NCBI GenBank assembly: GCA_963720545.1
Contig: OY970399.1
Coordinates: forward strand, 704,001 to 768,000
DNA from: an uncultured Acidobacteriota bacterium
GTDB lineage: Bacteria; Acidobacteriota; Vicinamibacteria; Fen-336
Length of the DNA stretch: 64,000 nucleotides
Direction: 5' to 3'
Part shown: positions 57,103-64,000 of the stretch, piece by piece
Numbering within the stretch: position 1 is the stretch's first letter
How the letters are laid out: the number at the start of each line of letters is the position of its first letter
The notes under the pieces: model-generated
Told to the model about the DNA's origin: nothing
The model's database searches: none
Seen by the model: the letters and a program-made list of their open reading frames with translations, nothing else
Made by a program: the position numbers and the translations under genes

Positions 57103-58173
57103 CTATAACAGGCGGATCGAGTGGCTCTTCACGGCGACGTGCACCGGGCAGCCCGGCACCAGGTTCATGGCGGCCTCGGCGGCGGGCGTGATGCGCGCCA
57201 GCCACCCGGCTCCGCGTGGATCGTCATCGAGGCGGCAGCGGACCGTGACGTCGGCGCCGCTGCGCACGGTGTCGACGACCGTGGCCGCGAACAGGTTGCG
57301 AGCCGAAATGCCGCCTGGCGGCCCGCCGAGCAGCAGCACGTCCTCGGCACGGAACGCGGCCGTGACTCGCTCCCCCGCCACGCGGCCGTGTACCAGCGGC
57401 ACCGCCAGCGCCAGGCCGGAATCGAGGACGAGCCGCGTGACGCCGCCCGCCTCGTCCTGCGCCTCGATCGCGCCCTGGAAAATATTCTCGAGCGAGCCGG
57501 CCGACTCGCGCACCACGCTCGGCGCCGACAGCAGCGACTCCGGACGGCCGTGCGCGGCGACGCGGCCCGCCTCCAGCACCACCAGGTGCTCGGCGACCGC
57601 CAGCGCCTCGCCGACGTTGTGCGTGACATAGAGGCACGGCGTCTGCCACTCGTCGCGGATGCGGATGAGGTACGGCAACACGCGCTCGCGCAACGCGCTG
57701 TCGAGCGCCGCGAGCGGCTCGTCGAGCAGCAGCAGCCGCGGACGCGTCGCGAGCGCGCGAGCCAGCGCCACGCGCTGCTTTTCACCGCCCGACAGCGAGT
57801 GCGGATAACGGTGCTGCAGCGGGCCGATGCCGAGCGTGTCGATGGCGGTGGCCACTGCGTCCTGCGCCGCGCGCGCACCGAAGCGCACGTTCTCGCGGGC
57901 GGTGAGATGCGGAAAGAGGCCCGCGTCCTGCGGCACGTAGCCGACGCGGCGCTTCTCCGGCGGCAGGCGAACCGCGCGGTCGCTGTCGAGCCACGCCTCG
58001 CCGGCAAACGCGATGCGGCCCTGCGCGCGGCGCCGCAGGCCGGCGACCGACTCGAGGAGCGATGTCTTGCCGGACCCCGAGGAACCCATGAGCGCCGTCA
58101 CGCCGCCGCCGAGGCGCAGGTCCACGTCCAGCGCGAAGCGCGCGAGAGGCAGCGTCACGCGCACCTCGATCAT
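57103..58173 (-). CDS. modC: Molybdate ABC transporter ATPase
   Basis: GSSGSGKT, LSGGEKQ, LLDEP, TOBE-like tail. Confidence 0.92.
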   Translation of the reverse strand: MIEVRVTLPLARFALDVDLRLGGGVTALMGSSGSGKTSLLESVAGLRRRAQGRIAFAGEAWLDSDRAVRLPPEKRRVGYVPQDAGLFPHLTARENVRFGARAAQDAVATAIDTLGIGPLQHRYPHSLSGGEKQRVALARALATRPRLLLLDEPLAALDSALRERVLPYLIRIRDEWQTPCLYVTHNVGEALAVAEHLVVLEAGRVAAHGRPESLLSAPSVVRESAGSLENIFQGAIEAQDEAGGVTRLVLDSGLALAVPLVHGRVAGERVTAAFRAEDVLLLGGPPGGISARNLFAATVVDTVRSGADVTVRCRLDDDPRGAGWLARITPAAEAAMNLVPGCPVHVAVKSHSIRLL

Positions 58174-58850
58174 GCCGCGTGCTCGCGCCGCGAACGCCGC
58201 GCCGTCAGCCATTCGGTGGTCCAGAGCAGCAGGAACGCGAGCGCCACCGTGACCGCCGCGAGCATCATGGCGCGGTCGTCGTGGCCGACCTGGTCGGCCT
58301 GGAAGATGGCGAGCGCCAGCGTCTGCGTGCGGCCGGGAATGTTGCCGGCGAGCACGATGGTCGCGCCAAACTCGCCGAGCGCGCGCGCGAACGCCAGCAC
58401 CGCACCGGCCAGCAGGCCGCGCCAGGCGAGCGGCAGGGTGACACGCACGAAAGCGCCGGCCGGACCGGCGCCCAAGGTGCGCGCCAGCGCCGGCAGCCGA
58501 GGGTCGACGCTCTCGAACGCGGTGCGCGCCGAACGCACGAACAGCGGCAGCGACATGACGATTGCCGCCACCGCAACCGCACGCCACGTGAACACGACGC
58601 CCAGCCCATGCCGCTCGAGCAGGCCCCCGAAGGCCGTGCCTCGGGACAGCAGGTGAAGGAGCGCCACTCCCACCGCGGTCGGCGGCAGCACCAGCGGCAG
58701 GGCCAGGACGGTTTCGATGAGGCCGCGGCCGGGGCCGCGCCAACGCGACAGGGAGAATGCGATGGCGGTGCCGACCGGTGCGACGACCAGCGTGCTGAGC
58801 GCCGCGATCTTCAGCGTGAAGACGACGACCGCCCAGTCGGCCGCCGTCAC
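58170..58850 (-). CDS. modB: Molybdate ABC transporter permease
   Basis: LPLVLPPTAVG, FARALGEFGAT, GNIPGRTQT. Confidence 0.93.
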   Translation of the reverse strand: MTAADWAVVVFTLKIAALSTLVVAPVGTAIAFSLSRWRGPGRGLIETVLALPLVLPPTAVGVALLHLLSRGTAFGGLLERHGLGVVFTWRAVAVAAIVMSLPLFVRSARTAFESVDPRLPALARTLGAGPAGAFVRVTLPLAWRGLLAGAVLAFARALGEFGATIVLAGNIPGRTQTLALAIFQADQVGHDDRAMMLAAVTVALAFLLLWTTEWLTARRSRREHAA

Positions 58851-59593
58851 TTCCGCGCGGGCAGCACGATGAAGCCGCGGCGCGCGTAGATCTCGCGTGC
58901 GGCGGACGACGCGAAGAAAGCGAAGGCGCGCGCCGCCGAGGGCGACGGCGCCGCCGTCACCAGCGCCAGCGGATAGACGATCGACGGTCCTTCTTCCCGC
59001 GGCACCTCGAACGCCACCTGGACGCGCTGCGAAACCGCCGCGTCCGTCTTGTAGACGATGCCCGCGTCGGCGTTCTCCGACTCGACAGCCGCGAGCGCCG
59101 CGCGCACGTCGAGCACCGGAACGACGTGCGGCTGCGCTTCCTGCCAGGCGCCCCGCGACTCGAGCCACTGCTTCGCGTAGACGCCGGCTGGCACCGCGGC
59201 AGGATCGGCGAGCGCGAGCCGCGCGACCTTAGCGACCTCCGCGGCGTTCGCCGGCCTGGTTGCGGCGTTCGCGGGCACGATCACTACGAGCTGGTTGGAG
59301 AGCAGCGCGACCACGTCCGCGGCGCGCACCACGTTCGCCGCGACCAGCCCCTCCACCTGGGCAGCATCGGCCGAGAAGAACAGGTCGGCCGGCGCGCCCG
59401 CCTTCAGTTGCTTCGCGAGCGCGCTCGACGGGCCAAAGCTCGCCGTGACCTTGTCGCCCGATTGCGCTTCGTAGGCCGCAGCCACGTCCTTGACGGCTTC
59501 GGACAGGCTGGCCGCCGCGTAGATCGTGACTTCTGCCGCGGCGGCGCCGCGCGGGAGGAGTGCGGCGAGTGCCAGGGCCGCCGTGAGCCACAT
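58847..59593 (-). CDS. modA: Molybdate ABC transporter substrate-binding protein
   Basis: AAASL, GAPADLFFSA, VPAGVYA, GIVYKTDA. Confidence 0.93.
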   Translation of the reverse strand: MWLTAALALAALLPRGAAAAEVTIYAAASLSEAVKDVAAAYEAQSGDKVTASFGPSSALAKQLKAGAPADLFFSADAAQVEGLVAANVVRAADVVALLSNQLVVIVPANAATRPANAAEVAKVARLALADPAAVPAGVYAKQWLESRGAWQEAQPHVVPVLDVRAALAAVESENADAGIVYKTDAAVSQRVQVAFEVPREEGPSIVYPLALVTAAPSPSAARAFAFFASSAAREIYARRGFIVLPARK

Positions 59594-59671
59594 GCGTTGC
59601 GAATTTCATCACGCCATGCTACCCCGCCGGTTTGACGCAGCCGCGACCCGCCCTTTACCCTTGCCACCCGA

Positions 59672-60568
59672 ATGTCCCTCACGCTCGTCGTCATGGCCGC
59701 AGGAATGGGCTCGCGCTACGGCGGCTTGAAACAGGTCGAGCCGGTCGGCCCGAAGGGCGAGACCCTTCTCGACTACTCGCTCTTCGACGCGCGCCTCGCC
59801 GGCTTCAAGCGCGTGGTGTTCGTGATCCGCAAGGACATCGCCGAGGCGTTCCGCCCGGTGGCAGCACCTTACGCATCGCGCATGTCGGTGAGCTTCGCCT
59901 ACCAGGAGCGCGACGTCGCCACCGGCAGCTTCGCGATACCCGCCGACCGCACCAGGCCATGGGGCACGGGGCACGCGGTGCTCGCGGCCGAGAGCGCCGT
60001 CGAGGGACCGTTCGGCGTGATCAACGCCGACGACTTCTACGGCGCCGACGCATTCCGCGCGCTGGCCGCGTTCCTGCCGAAGCAGCAGCCGACGGACGGC
60101 CTCGACGACTACGCGATGGTGGCCTATCGGCTCGGCGCAACGCTCTCGCCAAATGGCACCGTGGCGCGCGGCGTGTGCCGCGCAACCAACGGGCTGCTCG
60201 AGGGTGTCGAGGAGGTCACCGGCATCGGCATCGGTCCCGACGGCATTGCGGCGCCCGGCGGGCGGCGCTTCACCGGCGACGAGCCAGTGTCGCTCAACGT
60301 CTGGGGGTTCGGCCCCACCATCTTCCCGAGGCTGCGCGCGCAGTTCAGCGAGTTCCTCGCGACGCACGGCACCGACCTGAAATCGGAGTTCTTCCTGCCG
60401 TCGGCGGTCACGAGCCTCATCGACCACAAGATCGCGCGCGTCCACGTGCTCCCGAGCGAGGGCGAGTGGTTCGGCGTGACTTATAAGGAAGACCGCGAGG
60501 TGGTCGCGGGCAACATCGCCGCACTCGTGGAATCGGGCTATTACCCGACCCCGCTGTGGCCGCGCTGA
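59672..60568 (+). CDS. Sugar-phosphate nucleotidyltransferase
   Basis: MAAGMGSRYGGLKQ, PWGTGHA, INADDFYG, WFGVTY. Confidence 0.88.
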   Translation: MSLTLVVMAAGMGSRYGGLKQVEPVGPKGETLLDYSLFDARLAGFKRVVFVIRKDIAEAFRPVAAPYASRMSVSFAYQERDVATGSFAIPADRTRPWGTGHAVLAAESAVEGPFGVINADDFYGADAFRALAAFLPKQQPTDGLDDYAMVAYRLGATLSPNGTVARGVCRATNGLLEGVEEVTGIGIGPDGIAAPGGRRFTGDEPVSLNVWGFGPTIFPRLRAQFSEFLATHGTDLKSEFFLPSAVTSLIDHKIARVHVLPSEGEWFGVTYKEDREVVAGNIAALVESGYYPTPLWPR

Positions 60569-61677
60569 GCGGCGACTTCGACCTCGCGGCGATCGGCGCC
60601 CGGTTCGCCATCGACGGCGTCTTCGAGGCGGCCGAGCCGTACGGCAGCGGGCACATCAACGACACGTTCGCGGCAACCTGGCGCGAGCACGCGGCGCGCC
60701 GCCGCTACATCCACCAGCGCATCAACCACGAGGTGTTCCGGGACCCGCCGGCGTTGATGGCGAACATCGATGCCGCCACGCGCCACGTGCGCGACCGGCT
60801 CGAGGCCGAAGGCCAGGACGACATCGACCGGCGCGTGCTGCGGCTGGTTCCGGGAAGGGACGGCGCAACCTTCGTGCAAACGGCGGACGGCTCGTTTTGG
60901 CGCACGTACCTCTTCATCGAGGGTGCTCGCTGCCACGATCTCGCGGAGACGGCGGCGGTCGCCTTCGAGGCGGCGCACGCGTTCGGCGCGTTCACGGCGG
61001 CGCTCGACGACTACTCCGGCCCGGAGCTGCGGGCGACGATCCCACACTTCCACGACACCACGCGGCGCTACGGCGTGTTCGAGGCGGCGGTGGTGGCCGA
61101 CCGCGCTCGGCGCGCCGACGCAGTGCGCGCGGAGATCGCGTTCGCCCGCTCGCAAGGGGCACTCGCCGACGGCCTGCTGAGCCTGCAGCGCAAGGGCGCC
61201 GCCCGGCTGCGCATCACGCACAACGACACCAAGGTCAACAACGTGCTCATCGACGAGCGCACCGGCAAGGCAGTGTGCGTGATCGACCTCGACACGGTGA
61301 TGCCGGGCCTCGCGCTCTTCGACTTTGGCGACCTGGTGCGCACCGCGGCCGCCACCGCGGCCGAGGACGAGACCGACCTGGAGAAGGTCGGCATCGACGC
61401 GGACCTGTTCCGCGCCATAGTGAGCGGCTATCTCGCCACCGCCGGCCCCGCCCTGAGCGAAGTCGAGAAGGACAACCTGGTGCTGGGCGCGCAGGTGATG
61501 ACCTACCAGCAAGGCCTGCGCTTCCTCACCGACCACCTCGACGGCGACCGCTACTTCAAGGTGCACCGCGACGGCCACAACCTCGACCGCGCACGCGCGC
61601 AGTTCGCGCTGCTGCGCCGGCTGCTGGCCGAGGAGGACGGCCTGCGCAGGATCGCGGCCCGCGAGCGCACCGCGTGA
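60556..61677 (+). CDS. APH-fold kinase, N-acetylhexosamine 1-kinase-like
   Basis: GSGHINDT, QRIN, THNDTKVNN, IDLDTVMPG, RFLTD.LDGD.YF. Confidence 0.85.
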   Translation: MAALSGDFDLAAIGARFAIDGVFEAAEPYGSGHINDTFAATWREHAARRRYIHQRINHEVFRDPPALMANIDAATRHVRDRLEAEGQDDIDRRVLRLVPGRDGATFVQTADGSFWRTYLFIEGARCHDLAETAAVAFEAAHAFGAFTAALDDYSGPELRATIPHFHDTTRRYGVFEAAVVADRARRADAVRAEIAFARSQGALADGLLSLQRKGAARLRITHNDTKVNNVLIDERTGKAVCVIDLDTVMPGLALFDFGDLVRTAAATAAEDETDLEKVGIDADLFRAIVSGYLATAGPALSEVEKDNLVLGAQVMTYQQGLRFLTDHLDGDRYFKVHRDGHNLDRARAQFALLRRLLAEEDGLRRIAARERTA

Positions 61678-63182
61678 CGCTCGCTCCGCTCGACGGCGCG
61701 ATCGTGGGCTTGTACCTGGTCGCAACCATGGCCGCCGGCCTCATGGTGCGGCGCCGCGTCGGCAAGGTGGAAGACTTCCTCGTTGCCGGCAGGGAGATGG
61801 ACGTCTACCTCGGCGTGGCGTCGCTGGCAGCCACCGAGTTCGGCATCGTCACCTGCATGTACACCGCGCAGGCTGGCTATCTTCACGGGTTCGCAGGCGC
61901 CACTCCCGGCATACTCAACGCGCTCGCGATGGCGGTCGTCGGCATCACTGGATTCGGCATCAAGCCGCTGCGCGAGGCGGCGGTGATGACCTTGCCGGAA
62001 CTGTTCCAGCGGCGCTTCGGGGCGCGCGTACGCTTCATCTCCGGCGTCGTCATCGTGCTGGGCGGGCTGCTCAACATGGGCGTCTTCCTGCGCACCGGCG
62101 GCGAGTTCCTCCTGCAGGTTGCCGGCCTGCCGCTTGGCGCCGCGGCCGGCAGCGGCTTCGCCGCGACGCACCGCATCGAGATCATCATGACCGTGCTGCT
62201 GCTGCTGGTCGCGACCTACACCATCCTCGGCGGCATGCTGTCGGTGCTCATCACCGACTTCCTGCAGTTCGTGGTGATGAGCGTCGGCCTGATCGCGGTC
62301 ACGGTGCTGATCCTGGCGCGGGTCGGCTGGACGGCTCTTGTTTCTGCCGTCGAGCGCAACTACGGCGCCGCCGGCTTCAACCCGTTCGCAAACCCGGAGA
62401 TGGGCGTGCCGTACGTGCTGTTCAACGCGTGCCTGCAGCTCGCTGTGGTCCTCACCTGGCAGGCGGTGATCGCGCGGGTGTTGGCGGCAAAGGACGCGCG
62501 CACCGGCCAGCTCGTCTACACGCGCACCGCGTTCTTCTTCGTGGCACGCTTCCTGGTGCCCGGCATCTGGGGCATTGCGGCGCTCGCGGCATTTGGCCCG
62601 TCGTTCGCCGGCGGCAGCCTCGCGGCGATGCCCGCGTGGCTCGCCACCTTCGTGCCAGTCGGGCTGATGGGCATCCTGATCGCGGCGATGCTGGCCGCCG
62701 ACATGTCCACCGACTCGAGCTACATGCTGAGCTGGGCCGGCGTCATCTACAACGACATCCTGGCGCCGTGGCGCAAGGGCTTTACCGAAGCGCGCGGCCT
62801 TCTGTGGAACCGCATGATCGTGGCGGCCATCGGCGTGTTTCTGCTCTTCTACGGACTCTGGTATCCGCTGAAGAGCGACCTGTGGACGTACATGGGCGTC
62901 ACCGGCACGATCTACCTCTCGGCGATGTCGACGCTGCTCGTCGCCTGCTGCTACTGGAAGCGGGCCAACGACTGGGGCGCCATCGGCGCGCTCTTTGTGG
63001 GCGCCATGATCCCGGTGGCCTACCTCGTCTTCGAACAGCTGCCGGCGACGTCGGAGGTCACCCGCCGCACTGTCGGCCCGTACTGGTCGGGCATCGCAGC
63101 CTACGCGGGAGCCGCGCTCGCGATGATCGCCGGCTCGCTCCTCAAGCCCGCGGCCGGCACGCCGGCAGGAACGGCATCGTGA
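61674..63182 (+). CDS. Sodium:solute symporter
   Basis: DFLVAGR, YTILGGM..V..TDFLQF, AADMST; GTGA overlap. Confidence 0.9.
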   Translation: MTLAPLDGAIVGLYLVATMAAGLMVRRRVGKVEDFLVAGREMDVYLGVASLAATEFGIVTCMYTAQAGYLHGFAGATPGILNALAMAVVGITGFGIKPLREAAVMTLPELFQRRFGARVRFISGVVIVLGGLLNMGVFLRTGGEFLLQVAGLPLGAAAGSGFAATHRIEIIMTVLLLLVATYTILGGMLSVLITDFLQFVVMSVGLIAVTVLILARVGWTALVSAVERNYGAAGFNPFANPEMGVPYVLFNACLQLAVVLTWQAVIARVLAAKDARTGQLVYTRTAFFFVARFLVPGIWGIAALAAFGPSFAGGSLAAMPAWLATFVPVGLMGILIAAMLAADMSTDSSYMLSWAGVIYNDILAPWRKGFTEARGLLWNRMIVAAIGVFLLFYGLWYPLKSDLWTYMGVTGTIYLSAMSTLLVACCYWKRANDWGAIGALFVGAMIPVAYLVFEQLPATSEVTRRTVGPYWSGIAAYAGAALAMIAGSLLKPAAGTPAGTAS

Positions 63183-63310
63183 AGCTCTTCTGGCTGTTCC
63201 TCACGATCGCATGCTTCGCCTGGTATTCCACGGTCACCGTGTACATCGCGTTGCGCGGCGGCCGCGAGGTCCGCGAGATGTTGAAGCGGTTCAAGAACCC
63301 GCGGCGCTGA
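63179..63310 (+). CDS. Single-TM small protein coupled to the symporter (43 aa)
   Basis: MKLFWLFLTIACFAWYSTVTVYIALRGGREVREMLKRFKNPRR; GTGA overlap. Confidence 0.7.
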   Translation: MKLFWLFLTIACFAWYSTVTVYIALRGGREVREMLKRFKNPRR

Positions 63311-64000
63311 CGATGAGCAGCAGGCCCTTGCCCGGCTCGAGACGCAGCGGCGCGTCTGCCGCGAACGTCTGCGCGTCCTGGAACTTCTCGATCGCCGGCG
63401 CCGCGATGACGACGCGTGCCTGCGCCGGGTCGAGGCCGAGCGCGCGCCAGTCGATCGCGAGGCGCACATCCACCGGCTCCTTGGCCCAGCTGGCCACCGC
63501 AATCACCGAGCGCTTCGGCCCGATGTAAGTGGTCGCGAGCACGTCGCCGCGGCCGGTGCGCACCGGCGGCGCCGCGGACCAGTAGCCCACCATCCTCGTG
63601 TCCGCCATCGGCACGCTGTCCCAGAACTTCCACAGCGGCCGCGGATCGCCGGCCCACGGCAGCCGGCTCGTCATGCCGTAGAGCATGCCGCGCCACGGGT
63701 TGCCGCCCTTCTCCAGCATCTCGCCCATCAGGCCGAAGGGGATGCCGGAGATCTCGGTGAGCCAGTAGTCAGGCTCGGAGTCGTAGTCGAAGTACTCGCC
63801 GAACCAGAGCCGGTCGAGATACGGGAAGTGCTCGAGGTAGAGGTTGGCGCTGCTCGCCCAGCCGTCGCGCGGGTTGAACTGGTTCGCCGAGTGCAGGTCG
63901 ATGAGCGCGCCGCGCCTGCCGGCATCGAGCACCTTGCGCACCCGCTTCATGGTGGTGCGGTCGAACGCGAGGTCGTCGATGTAGAGGCCGTCGATGCCGA
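63291..64000 (-). CDS. Glycoside-hydrolase-like (DUF6067-type) protein, C-terminal part
   Basis: IDGLYIDD, DLHSAN, LWFGEYF, SGIPFGLMGEML, NPWRGMLYGMT; truncated by window. Confidence 0.7.
   Translation of the reverse strand, partial: GIDGLYIDDLAFDRTTMKRVRKVLDAGRRGALIDLHSANQFNPRDGWASSANLYLEHFPYLDRLWFGEYFDYDSEPDYWLTEISGIPFGLMGEMLEKGGNPWRGMLYGMTSRLPWAGDPRPLWKFWDSVPMADTRMVGYWSAAPPVRTGRGDVLATTYIGPKRSVIAVASWAKEPVDVRLAIDWRALGLDPAQARVVIAAPAIEKFQDAQTFAADAPLRLEPGKGLLLIVSAAGS

Noticed and set aside
57103..63182. N-terminally extended ModC, ModB and SSS ORFs as fusions
   Set aside because: The extensions overlap upstream genes in other frames; ATGA/GTGA-coupled starts give normal lengths.

Overview
High-GC bacterial chromosomal segment. 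Gene content (ADOP permease, Ser/Thr kinase-TPR, sulfatase-TPR, DinB pairs, TonB receptor tail) points to Acidobacteriota, possibly Vicinamibacteria; this is an inference. It holds about 55 CDS and two tRNAs: tRNA-Arg(CCG) at 17449-17525 (-) and tRNA-Lys(CTT) at 39840-39914 (+). A general-stress cluster (DUF3309, ferritin-like, SRPBCC, Zn-ADH, DUF421, PHP, SDR, katE) abuts tRNA-Arg. A ~4.9 kb integrase-less islet at tRNA-Lys is bounded by a 21-bp att duplication. Also present are LigD split over three genes, modABC and a sugar kinase/nucleotidyltransferase/symporter operon. Three signals lie largely outside the ORF track. (1) Six sigma54 -24/-12 promoters at five loci each carry the AT-rich box TTTGTA(G/C)AA at near-helically phased distances, suggesting a sigma54-run general stress regulon. 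(2) A Cys/Pro-rich leader ORF precedes a 41-aa secreted micro-protein with 8 Cys in its last 16 residues, a candidate metal-responsive mini-metallothionein system. (3) A CGNR zinc-finger/DUF5916 module carries three GTAAC-N20-GTT(A/T)C operator-like sites and is flanked by 48-bp inverted repeats. Several genes have clustered indels (assembly error or decay). All calls come from manual motif recognition; no database searches were run.
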